This document shows, piece after piece, positions 28,902 through 37,270 of a DNA stretch of 64,000 bases. Source of the stretch: Gammaproteobacteria bacterium. Lineage in GTDB: Bacteria > Pseudomonadota > Gammaproteobacteria > Steroidobacterales > Foliamicaceae. The stretch lies in assembly GCA_028285945.1 (NCBI GenBank), contig JAPYNE010000010.1:1057-65056 (forward strand). Reading direction: 5' to 3'. Position numbers and translations under genes: made by a program. Position 1 is the first letter of the stretch, and the number at the start of each line of letters is the position of its first letter. The notes under the pieces were generated by a model that searched no databases, was not told the origin of the DNA, and was given only the letters and a program-made list of their open reading frames with translations.

Positions 28902-30560
28902 ATGCCGCCGCAGGATTTCGTTCGCAGAATCATCGCCGAGGACTTGGCCGCAGGTCGCCACGAGCGCGTGGTGACCCGCTTTCCGCCGGAGCCCAACGGC
29001 TTCCTGCACATCGGCCACGCCAAGTCCATCTGCCTGAATTTCGGCGTTGCGGCGGAAAACCGCGGCGTGTGCTACCTGCGCTACGACGACACCAATCCCG
29101 TGGCCGAGGATCAAGCCTACGTGGAGGCCATACGCCGCGATGTGAACTGGCTGGGCTTCAACACGCCGCTGATCACCCACGCCTCCGATTATTTTCCGCG
29201 CCTCTACGGCATTGCCGAGCACATGATCCGCAGCGGCCATGCGTTCGTGGACAGCAGTTCCGCCGAGCGCATTTCGGCCGATCGCGGCACGCTGACCCGC
29301 CCCGGCCGGCCCAGTCCCTTCCGCGGCCGCAGCCCGGCGGAAAACCTCGACCTGTTCCGGCGCATGCGCGGCGGAGAGTTCGCCGACGGCGAGCAGGTGC
29401 TGCGCGCCAAGATCGACATGGCCTCGCCCAACATCAACCTGCGCGACCCCGTGCTCTACCGGGTGCGCCATGTGCAGCATCCGCGCACCGGGCGGGACTG
29501 GTGCATTTATCCGATGTACGACTTCGCCCACGCCCTGAGCGACGCGCTCGAAGGCATCACCCATTCGCTTTGCACGCTGGAGTTCGAGGACCACCGCCCG
29601 CTTTACGAATGGCTGCTCGATCACTGCGGCCTGGAACTTAAGACCCGTCCGCGGCAGCACGAGTTCGGGCGCCTCAACCTGGGCCACTCCGTTACCAGCA
29701 AGCGCCGCGTCGCCGACCTGATCCGGCTCAAGGCCGTGGACGACTGGGACGATCCGCGCCTGGTGACGCTCTCGGCTTTGCGCCGCCGGGGCTATCCGCC
29801 GGAAATTCTGCGCGAGTTCTGCGCCCGGGCCGGCGTGACCCGCTCCGAGCAGATGATCGGCGCCGAGCAGCTCGAAAGCGTGCTGCGCGAGGCGCTCAAC
29901 CGCGACGCTCCGCGCGCCATGGCGGTGGCCCGGCCGCTGAAGGTTGTTCTCGCCAACCTGCCTTCGGACCATTTCGAGGAGCTGCCGGCGGCCAATCATC
30001 CGCAGCGTCCCGAAATGGGTCGCCGCCTCGTGCCTTTTTCGCGCGAAATCCATATCGAAAGCACCGATTTCATGGAGGATCCGCCGCGCCGCTTCCGCCG
30101 TTTGCGCCCCGGCGGCGAGGTTCGGCTGCGCCACGCCTACATCATTCGCTGCGATGAAGTGGTGCGCGACGCGGCGGGCGAGTTGGCGGAGCTGCGTTGC
30201 AGCGTGGATCCGCAATCCCGAAGCGGCGGCGAGGGCGCGCGGCGCAAGGTGGGGGGCACCATCCATTGGGTTAGCGCAAAGCATTCGGTTCCGGCCGAGT
30301 TGCGCCTTTATCGTCCGCTGTTCAATGTGGAGCGCCCCGACTTGGATTCGGGTTCGCCGCCGCTTGAGAAGCAAGTGAATGCGGAGTCGCTGGAGGTGGT
30401 GCCATCGGCCCGCGTTGAGCCTTCGCTGGCCAGCGCGGGCGTTGGCGGCACTTGGCAGTTCGAGCGCCTCGGCTACTTTACGCCCGATTCCGAAGATTCA
30501 TCCGCCAGCGGCCTCGTATTCAACCGCATCGCCCCCTTGCGAAGCAGCTACTCCGCCTGA
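28902..30560 (+). CDS. glnS: Glutamine--tRNA ligase
   Basis: HIGH motif PEPNGFLHIGHAKS and KMSKS-type VTSKRRV. The full length is collinear with E. coli GlnS from memory. Confidence 0.95.
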   Translation: MPPQDFVRRIIAEDLAAGRHERVVTRFPPEPNGFLHIGHAKSICLNFGVAAENRGVCYLRYDDTNPVAEDQAYVEAIRRDVNWLGFNTPLITHASDYFPRLYGIAEHMIRSGHAFVDSSSAERISADRGTLTRPGRPSPFRGRSPAENLDLFRRMRGGEFADGEQVLRAKIDMASPNINLRDPVLYRVRHVQHPRTGRDWCIYPMYDFAHALSDALEGITHSLCTLEFEDHRPLYEWLLDHCGLELKTRPRQHEFGRLNLGHSVTSKRRVADLIRLKAVDDWDDPRLVTLSALRRRGYPPEILREFCARAGVTRSEQMIGAEQLESVLREALNRDAPRAMAVARPLKVVLANLPSDHFEELPAANHPQRPEMGRRLVPFSREIHIESTDFMEDPPRRFRRLRPGGEVRLRHAYIIRCDEVVRDAAGELAELRCSVDPQSRSGGEGARRKVGGTIHWVSAKHSVPAELRLYRPLFNVERPDLDSGSPPLEKQVNAESLEVVPSARVEPSLASAGVGGTWQFERLGYFTPDSEDSSASGLVFNRIAPLRSSYSA

Positions 30561-30591
30561 GAGTGGCGCAGCGCGGTTGGCGGCTGGCGTT

Positions 30592-30698
30592 GCCGCGATA
30601 TTGGCCCTGCCTCGTGGGAGACGCATGAACCCATCCATGGGGCTCGGCTGGGGCATCCTGCCCCAGACGCTCCCACGAGGCAGGGCCAATATCGCGGC
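30592..30698. repeat. Palindromic intergenic element, family 1 (complete copy)
   Basis: 29-bp perfect arms gccgcgatattggccctgcctcgtgggag / ctcccacgaggcagggccaatatcgcggc. They flank the 49-nt core acgcatgaacccatccatggggctcggctggggcatcctgccccagacg. Confidence 0.8.
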
Positions 30699-30748
30699 GC
30701 ACAGTGGGCACCGCACGAGAGCTGACTATGCGCTGCGGCTGTTACCCC

Positions 30749-30815
30749 CGGCTTCGTGGGAGACGCATGAACCCATCCGTGGGGCTCGGCTGGAGCCAAT
30801 ATCGCGGCGCACAGT
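30749..30815. repeat. Family 1 element, internally deleted copy
   Basis: cttcgtgggagacgcatgaacccatccgtggggctcggctgg is joined directly to agccaatatcgcggcgcacagtg, which is the right-arm sequence of the neighbouring copy. Confidence 0.65.
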
Positions 30816-30843
30816 GATCACCGAACAAGAAGCAGCCTATGTG

Positions 30844-30949
30844 CAGCGACTGCTGTCCCCGCTTCCCGGGAGCGTCGGCGGCAGGAGCCGCCGCCGAGCC
30901 CCATGGATGGGTTTATGCGTCTCCCGGGAAGCGGGGACAGCAGTCGCTG
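30844..30949. repeat. Palindromic intergenic element, family 1 (complete copy, reverse orientation)
   Basis: 29-bp perfect arms cagcgactgctgtccccgcttcccgggag / ctcccgggaagcggggacagcagtcgctg. The core is the reverse complement of acgcataaacccatccatggggctcggcggcggctcctgccgccgacg. Confidence 0.8.
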
Positions 30950-30969
30950 CGACGCCAGCCTTAGGGCTT

Positions 30970-32922
30970 TTAGTCGTCCTGGGTGAAGCTGCGCAGGCGC
31001 TCGGCGTGGTTGGGATGGCGCAGCTTGCGCAGCGCCTTGGCCTCGATTTGCCGGATGCGCTCGCGCGTGACGTCGAACTGCTTGCCCACTTCCTCCAGCG
31101 TGTGGTCGGTGTTCATGTCGATCCCGAAACGCATCCGCAGCACCTTGGCCTCGCGCGCGCCCAACGAAGCCAGCACGTCGCGCATCGTTTCCTCCAGCCC
31201 GCGCGTGGTGGCCACATCCATGGGCGAGGTGGCGTTCTGGTCCTCGATGAAATCGCCCAGGTGCGAATCCTCATCCTCGCTTAGCGGCGTTTCCAGCGAA
31301 ATGGGCTGCTTGGCGATCTTCTGCACCTTGCGGACCTTTTCCTCGGGCATCTCCATGCGCTGCGCCAATTCCTCAGGCGTGGGATCGCGGCCCATCTCCT
31401 GCTGCATTTGCCGCGAGATCCGGTTGAGCTTGTTGATGGTTTCGATCATATGCACCGGCACCCGGATGGTGCGCGCCTGATCGGCGATCGAGCGGGTAAT
31501 CGCTTGGCGGATCCACCAGGTGGCGTAGGTGGAGAACTTGTAACCGCGGCGGTACTCGAACTTGTCCACCGCCTTCATCAGGCCGATGTTGCCTTCCTGG
31601 ATCAGGTCGTTGAATTGCAAGCCGCGGTTGGTGTACTTCTTGGCAATCGAAATCACTAGGCGCAAGTTGGCCTCCACCATTTCCTTCTTGGCGTCCTTGG
31701 CCTTGAACTCGTTACGCGAGATTTCCCGGTACAGCTCCTTGATCCCCCAAGCCATCGGCATCGGTTTGCTGTCTTCGCCCTTGGGGATGGCTTTGGAGCG
31801 AGCATTGATCGGCAGGCAGCAGTTGTCTTCGAGCCTGCGCAAGCGCCGGGTGAGCTGCCTTGCCTCCTCCATGTGCGGCGCCAGCTTGGCCCCGTGCTCC
31901 TCACTCGCGAGCAAGCTCTCCAGCCAACTGTCGCTGCTGGGATCGGTGGTGAAATACTGCTTGAAATCATTGACCGGAACCTTCGCGGCGCGCACGTAGA
32001 TGCGCCGCAGCCGGTTCTCGCAGCCGGCCACCGACGACGGGAAGAGGGCATCGTGGTCGTCGGAAGGGGCCCGCATGGCGCTGTGCAGCACATCAAGCAT
32101 GCCGTCGAAGGCCCGGGGCGTGAACTTCAGTTCCAGCAGCATTCGGCCGAGCACCTGCTGGGCATGGTTCAGATTGCGGCAGGAGAGCTTGAAATGGTCC
32201 GGCGCTTCGCCGGATTGGACCTTCAGTTCCTGTGCGCGAACGCGGCGCAGCGCCCGATGCACACGGGCGCACTGGGCCTTGAGCGCCAGCATCCGCCGCT
32301 CGAGCTCCTGCGGATCGGGCGGCGTCTTGCGGTTGGCGTTTTCCGCCGGATCGCGCTCGGCGGCCGGCCGCAGATCCTCGGGTTCGTCCGGGTCGATGAT
32401 GCCGGCCACTAAGTCGCTCAGCTTCATCTGACCGGTCCGGCAGTCCGCAAAGCGGTCCGTCAGGTATTGCACGCAGGGGAGGTAGTAGGCCATCAGGCGC
32501 TTGATTTCCGCGCGGCTTTGCTCGATTCGCCGCGCGATGCTGATTTCGCCCTCGCGGGTGAGCAGTTCCACGGAACCCATTTCGCGCATGTACAGGCGCA
32601 CCGGATCGGTGGTTCGGCCCAGCTCCACCTCGAAGGCGCTGATCGCGTCCTCCGCTTCCTCCATGTCGGAGTCGTCGCTGGCTTCGCCCTCCGACAGCGC
32701 CAGGGTGTCGGGGTCGGGAACCTCGTCTTCCTCATACACCTTGATGTCCATATCGCGGAGCACGTTGATGATCTCCTCGATCTGCTCCATTTCGACGATT
32801 TCGTCGGGAAGCTGGTCGGTGAGGTCCGTATGGGTAATGTACGAGCGCTGGCGCCCGATCGAAATCAGGTTTTTGAGCCAGTTGCGCTGCGGGGCGCGCT
32901 GGGTGGTGGAATCTGCGGTCAT
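30970..32922 (-). CDS. rpoD: RNA polymerase sigma factor RpoD (sigma-70)
   Basis: Region 2: [27 protein letters not shown]. Region 4.2: [30 protein letters not shown]. An acidic region 1.1 is present. Confidence 0.95.
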   Translation of the reverse strand: MTADSTTQRAPQRNWLKNLISIGRQRSYITHTDLTDQLPDEIVEMEQIEEIINVLRDMDIKVYEEDEVPDPDTLALSEGEASDDSDMEEAEDAISAFEVELGRTTDPVRLYMREMGSVELLTREGEISIARRIEQSRAEIKRLMAYYLPCVQYLTDRFADCRTGQMKLSDLVAGIIDPDEPEDLRPAAERDPAENANRKTPPDPQELERRMLALKAQCARVHRALRRVRAQELKVQSGEAPDHFKLSCRNLNHAQQVLGRMLLELKFTPRAFDGMLDVLHSAMRAPSDDHDALFPSSVAGCENRLRRIYVRAAKVPVNDFKQYFTTDPSSDSWLESLLASEEHGAKLAPHMEEARQLTRRLRRLEDNCCLPINARSKAIPKGEDSKPMPMAWGIKELYREISRNEFKAKDAKKEMVEANLRLVISIAKKYTNRGLQFNDLIQEGNIGLMKAVDKFEYRRGYKFSTYATWWIRQAITRSIADQARTIRVPVHMIETINKLNRISRQMQQEMGRDPTPEELAQRMEMPEEKVRKVQKIAKQPISLETPLSEDEDSHLGDFIEDQNATSPMDVATTRGLEETMRDVLASLGAREAKVLRMRFGIDMNTDHTLEEVGKQFDVTRERIRQIEAKALRKLRHPNHAERLRSFTQDD

Positions 32923-32980
32923 GGCCGGCTGGAGCCTCCGCTAAGGTTAACCAACCAATTATCCCTCATATGTCAATACT

Positions 32981-33394
32981 TTAATAGCGGCTGTCGGCGA
33001 GGTTGCGGTTCTCGCGCAGCGCGCGGCGGGCAAAGAGCACGGCCAGCGCCGCCGCGATGCCCTCGAACACGATCACGATGCCCTGATTCGCGTTGATGCC
33101 GGGGGCGCCCGAGAACACCTCCGCCGCCAGCCGCGTAAGCACCAAGCAACCCATGCCCAGAACGGTGCTCAGCAAACCGGCCAGCGCGAAGTTTTTCGAC
33201 CACACGCCCGCCGCCAGCACCAGCCCGCTGCCCAGCACCAGCCCGCCGTAGGTGGCGCGGATCTCGGTATGGCCCGAGTCGGTCAGCGACGCGATCCCGA
33301 GCCATTCCCCCAAGGCCGCGGGGTCCAGGTAGGCATAGAGGGCCGAGGCGAAGTAGAGCGCTGCCATCATGCCCAAGTAGATGCGTTGCGCCAT
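32981..33394 (-). CDS. Small 4-TM membrane protein (DUF4345-like; family assignment from memory)
   Basis: Four hydrophobic segments (YLGMMAALYFASALYAY, GGLVLGSGLVLAAGVW, LAGLLSTVLGMGCLVL, IVIVFEGIAAALAVLF). Located between dnaG and rpoD. Confidence 0.55.
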   Translation of the reverse strand: MAQRIYLGMMAALYFASALYAYLDPAALGEWLGIASLTDSGHTEIRATYGGLVLGSGLVLAAGVWSKNFALAGLLSTVLGMGCLVLTRLAAEVFSGAPGINANQGIVIVFEGIAAALAVLFARRALRENRNLADSRY

Positions 33395-33447
33395 TTAAGA
33401 AGCTCCGAAAGAACGCGGGTTGTTGATGATACAGGCCGTCGGCGGTT

Positions 33448-35130
33448 TCAGCCCGGGGTGCGGGCCGCCATTTGACGCAGCGCGTTCTCCTTGGCGAGCC
33501 TTTCGATGCCGCCGCTCAGTTCGCGCGCCGCTTGCTGCGGGCTGAGTCCGGAATTCTTCGACAGCAGTCGGGCGATCAGTTCGCGTTCCGGACGATCCCG
33601 ATAGCGTTCCAGCAGCTTGGCCGCATTGGCCGCCGGCGTGGCGCGGGCCTGCTCGAACAGTTCGCTGAACAGGGCCACGCGCGGTTCGGAGAGGTGAGTG
33701 AATTCCGGCAGAGGGCCGCTGGCGGAAGCCAGCTCGGGGAAGTGCAGGATCAGTCCGGCCAGATGTTCGCCCAAGGGATCGAAGGGTCCTGTTGCGGCGG
33801 GCCGCCCGGCCGCCGGTCGCGCCGGTCCTCGCTGTCCTCTCCTGCGCCGTCCCGGCACCGCTTGCAGGAGCTGGCGCAGCCTTTCCTCCTCAAGGCCCAC
33901 CTCCTTGGCCAAGCGCGCAAAAAGCAGGTCGCGGTACACGCCAATGGGTGCGGCGCTTTCCCCGCTTACCCACGGCCTCGCCAGTTCGGCCATCCGGGCG
34001 CGTCCCTCGGCGGTTGTCGGATCGCATTTCTGCGCGAGGGTCATCATCATGAATTCGGACATCGGCGTGGCTTGCTCGAGGATTTCACGGAAGGCGGGCG
34101 CGCCTTTGGATTGCACGAAACTGTCAGGGTCCTCGCCTTCGGGAAGGAAGGCGAAACTGATTTGCCGGCCCGCGCGCATCTCCGGAAGCGTCCGCTCCAT
34201 TGCGCGTTCAGCGGCGCGGCGGCCTGCGGCATCGCCGTCGAAGCAGAACACCACGCTGGGAGCAATGCCGAACAGCCGCGTGAGTTGCCGCGGCGTCACC
34301 GCAGTGCCCAGCGTGGCCAAGGCGCCTTTCACCTCGTGCTGCGCCAGCCCGATCACGTCCATGTATCCTTCCACCAGAACGCACTGCGGAACCTTGCCCC
34401 GGGGCATTTCGTAGAGGCCGTAGAGTGCTCGTCCCTTGTGGAACACTTGGGTTTCAGGGCCGTTCATGTACTTGGGCTGCGCCTCGCCCATGGCGCGCCC
34501 GCCGAAGCTGCTTACGCGGCCTTGGCGGTCGCGGATCGGAAACATGATGCGGTCGCGGAACCGGTCGTAGAGCTCGCCGGAATCGTTCCTGATCGCCAGT
34601 CCGGCATCAACCAGGCGGCGGCGGTCCTCCTCCGTTTGCCCTAAACGGGCCAGCAGGCTGTTGCCCTTGGGCGAGTAGCCGAGCGCGAAATCGCGCGCGA
34701 TTGCTCCGGTCAGCCCGCGGCCCTGCAGGTATTCCTTGGCTGCGGAATGGCTCTTGAGTTGTTCGATGTAGTGCCGCGAGGCAGCCTGAAGCAACTCGTA
34801 AAGCCCCTTGCCCGAGGGCCTGGAAGGCCCTGTTCGCGGCACTTCCAGGCCGTAGCGGTCGGCCAGCGCCTCGACAGCAGCGGGGAAGTCCAGCCGGTCG
34901 TGCTGCATCAGGAAACTCAGGGCGCTGCCGTGGGCGCCGCAGCCGAAGCAGTGGAAAAAGCCTTTGGCCGGGCTTACCGTGAATGAGGGCGTTTTTTCTT
35001 GGTGAAAGGGGCAAAGGCCCTTGTATTCGCGCCCGGCGCGGGTGAGTTTGACGCGCTCGCCGATAATTTCAGCGACATCCGCGCGATCCAGGAGATCGTC
35101 GATAAACTCTCTCGGAATGGGCCCCGCCAT
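33448..35130 (-). CDS. dnaG: DNA primase
   Basis: Zinc-binding motif CPFHQEKTPSFTVSPAKGFFHCFGCGAHG and TOPRIM LVEGYMDV...DGDAAG. Confidence 0.95.
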   Translation of the reverse strand: MAGPIPREFIDDLLDRADVAEIIGERVKLTRAGREYKGLCPFHQEKTPSFTVSPAKGFFHCFGCGAHGSALSFLMQHDRLDFPAAVEALADRYGLEVPRTGPSRPSGKGLYELLQAASRHYIEQLKSHSAAKEYLQGRGLTGAIARDFALGYSPKGNSLLARLGQTEEDRRRLVDAGLAIRNDSGELYDRFRDRIMFPIRDRQGRVSSFGGRAMGEAQPKYMNGPETQVFHKGRALYGLYEMPRGKVPQCVLVEGYMDVIGLAQHEVKGALATLGTAVTPRQLTRLFGIAPSVVFCFDGDAAGRRAAERAMERTLPEMRAGRQISFAFLPEGEDPDSFVQSKGAPAFREILEQATPMSEFMMMTLAQKCDPTTAEGRARMAELARPWVSGESAAPIGVYRDLLFARLAKEVGLEEERLRQLLQAVPGRRRRGQRGPARPAAGRPAATGPFDPLGEHLAGLILHFPELASASGPLPEFTHLSEPRVALFSELFEQARATPAANAAKLLERYRDRPERELIARLLSKNSGLSPQQAARELSGGIERLAKENALRQMAARTPG

Positions 35131-35200
35131 AACCGCGCATATTGCACCATCCGCCCCGCTTCCCCAAGCTGCTCAAGGTTTTCTGGCAGCCGTGCTTTCT

Positions 35201-35387
35201 CGCCCTCTGCTTGCTCCTGCCTCTTGGGAGGCGCATGAACTCGTTCTTGGGGATTGGGTGGGGGCGCTGTCTTGTTTCCCCGCCCTCTGCTTGCCCCCGC
35301 CTCGCCGGAGACGCATGAACCCGTCCATGGGGCTCGGCGGCGGCTCCTGCCGCCGACGCTCCCGCGAGGCGGGGGCAAGCAGAGGGC
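35201..35387. repeat. Family 1 elements: one degraded half copy (35201-35280) plus one complete copy (35281-35387)
   Basis: The complete copy has 24-bp perfect arms gccctctgcttgcccccgcctcgc / gcgaggcgggggcaagcagagggc around the core ggagacgcatgaacccgtccatggggctcggcggcggctcctgccgccgacgctcc. The preceding half copy repeats cgccctctgcttgc. Confidence 0.8.
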
Positions 35388-35426
35388 TTTAGCGGGCGCG
35401 GGCCCGGGGGATTGCGCCTGCTAAAG

Positions 35427-35537
35427 GCTGCTGGTTCATTCCCTTGTCCCGGAACTTGTGGAGGCAGGGATGCCTCCACAGAGCCCATAGGGATGTGCTT
35501 GTCGGCGTTTCCGGGACAAGGGAATGAGACCAGCAGC
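35427..35537. repeat. Palindromic intergenic element, family 2 (complete copy)
   Basis: Arms gctgctggttcattcccttgtcccggaa / ttccgggacaagggaatgagaccagcagc (one indel). The core cttgtggaggcagggatgcctccacagagcccatagggatgtgcttgtcggcgt has its own inner hairpin. Confidence 0.75.
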
Positions 35538-35554
35538 CGAGGAATCAAGCCACG

Positions 35555-35690
35555 CGCCAAAAACCCGCAGGGATGCGCTTGCCGGCGTTTCCGGGGAAGC
35601 AGGACGGGAAAGCAGCCGAAGGGCTGGCAGCTTTCCACGGAGCCCGCATGGATGCGTTTGCTGACATCTCCGAGGCAAGTAACGAACCGA
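35555..35690. repeat. Degenerate partial family 2 copies
   Basis: cgcagggatgcgcttgccggcgtttccgggg and ccacggagcccgcatggatgcgtttgctg both resemble the right half of the family-2 core. Confidence 0.4.
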
Positions 35691-35734
35691 AGGGTTGGCA
35701 CCCTCGGTTCAAGCTGTTTTGCGGGAGTTGGGGG

Positions 35735-35950
35735 CTAGTAGAGGCGGCGGCGGCGATTGGTTTCGCGGCTGGTGCGTTTGGCTTGGCGCTTGACTGCGGC
35801 CGCTTTCTGGCGCTTGCGGATCTGAGTCGGCTTCTCGTAGAACTCGCGCCGACGAACCTCGGCCAGGATGCCGGCCTTTTCGCAGGCGCGCTTGAAGCGG
35901 CGCAGGGCCGCGTCAAAAATCTCGTTCTCTTTTATCCGTACGGTCGGCAA
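35735..35950 (-). CDS. rpsU: 30S ribosomal protein S21
   Basis: (M)[58 protein letters not shown]...RRRLY is collinear with E. coli S21. Start is TTG at 35950 with GAGGA 7 nt upstream. The longer ORF reaching 36007 is rejected. Confidence 0.9.
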   Translation of the reverse strand: MPTVRIKENEIFDAALRRFKRACEKAGILAEVRRREFYEKPTQIRKRQKAAAVKRQAKRTSRETNRRRRLY

Positions 35951-36155
35951 GCTGGTTTCCTCGCTGCAAGGCGCGAGGATTGTAGCGATTGCCCACCCCC
36001 ATTGCAATTGCCTGATGTATTGCCAAGCGTATCAACCATGAAGGCACACAACCGGACCGCGCCAGCAACATCGGGCAGAGGAATTCGCTTTCGGGTGTGG
36101 CGTAATATCCGGGTTGAACGGTCCGCCGAAACCACTTAAGGGGAAACCACCCATC

Positions 36156-36920
36156 ATGACATTCAAACGCATTATTCTTGCCTTTCTGGCAGTCATCGCC
36201 GTGCTGGTGCTGTTGTCGCTGCGAATCACCCAGTACCCCGTTTACGAAATGACGGCGGCCTCTCCGCCGGAAGGCGGCCACCATGTGCTGCTGTTCGGCG
36301 GCACCCGAAATACCGGCTTGGAGGTGGCGAAACTGCTCGTTGCGCGCGGCGACCGGGTCACTGCGTTTGTTCGGCCCAGCTCCGACCGCTCCGGGCTGGA
36401 GCCGCTGGGCGTGGAGTTTGCGGTGGGCGATGCGCTCGATTCCGACAGTGTTCGCGCGGCCTTCGGAGTTGGCGAATATACGGCGGCTATCACCACCGTC
36501 AGCTGCTTTAGATGCGATCCGCCGCCCGACTACCTAGGCAACGCGAATATCTTCGACGCGGCCGCCGAAGCCGGCGTTGCCCGGATGCTGCTGGTCACAA
36601 CGATAGGCGCCGGCGACAGCTATGAGGCCGCGCCCTGGCCCGCCCGCATATTTCTGCGCGATATGCTGCCCTTGAAGACGCAGGCCGAAGAGCACCTGGT
36701 GGCCAGCGGCTTGGATTACACCATCATCCGCCCGGGCGCGCTGCGCTCCGACCCGTCCACCGGCAACGGCTACCTGAGCGAAGACCGCGAAGCCTTCGGC
36801 ATCATCAACCGCAGCGACTTGGCCGGCCTGATCGTCGAAGCGCTCGACGATCCCTCCACCCAAGGCAAGATATTCGCGGCGATGGATTCCACTCTCAACT
36901 ACCCTTGGGACCTGTTCTGA
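36156..36920 (+). CDS. NAD(P)-binding (NmrA/SDR-atypical) protein with an N-terminal TM anchor
   Basis: MTFKRIILAFLAVIAVLVLL, then the Rossmann motif VLLFGGTRNTGLEVAKLLVARGDRVTAFVR. Confidence 0.8.
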   Translation: MTFKRIILAFLAVIAVLVLLSLRITQYPVYEMTAASPPEGGHHVLLFGGTRNTGLEVAKLLVARGDRVTAFVRPSSDRSGLEPLGVEFAVGDALDSDSVRAAFGVGEYTAAITTVSCFRCDPPPDYLGNANIFDAAAEAGVARMLLVTTIGAGDSYEAAPWPARIFLRDMLPLKTQAEEHLVASGLDYTIIRPGALRSDPSTGNGYLSEDREAFGIINRSDLAGLIVEALDDPSTQGKIFAAMDSTLNYPWDLF

Positions 36921-37270
36921 CCTTTGATCTTGCGCTTACGCATGTCGTGCCCTCGCCAGTCGGGAACCTGCGCGGCGAGGAGCGCCTTGAACAGCTTTCC
37001 GTGGTTGGGCACGCGCAAATGCAGCAACTCGTGCGCGATGACGAAATCCTGGAAGCCGGAAGGCTGGTCGGCGAGATCGGCAGCTAGCGTAACGGTCCCG
37101 GAAGTCGAGCAGGAGCCCCACTTGCGCGTCATGCGTTGAACGCGGATCAGCTTCGGCTGCACGTTCAGCCGCCGGGACCAGCGCTCCACGCGCCTCAGGA
37201 TGGCCTGCCGCTTTTTCTCAGGCCGATTCGCCGGCGCCGTCATCCAGCAGGATTCCCAGAATGCGCTCAA
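36899..37270 (-). CDS. Short DUF45/M48-family (YgjP-like) metallopeptidase
   Basis: [18 protein letters not shown]....[23 protein letters not shown] has the HExxH motif in the YgjP context. It overlaps the hsdR 3' end. At about 120 aa it is about half the usual length as I remember it. Confidence 0.7.
   Translation of the reverse strand: MSAFWESCWMTAPANRPEKKRQAILRRVERWSRRLNVQPKLIRVQRMTRKWGSCSTSGTVTLAADLADQPSGFQDFVIAHELLHLRVPNHGKLFKALLAAQVPDWRGHDMRKRKIKGQNRSQG

Noticed and set aside
28896-30374. 492-aa minus-strand ORF
   Set aside because: It is entirely antisense to glnS, which has unambiguous class I synthetase motifs. It has no motifs of its own.
30590-30950. Possible CRISPR array (also considered for 35200-35700 and 47500-47830)
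   Set aside because: The repeats are long self-complementary palindromes in mixed orientation, with irregular spacing and no unique spacers of constant length. No cas genes are in the window.
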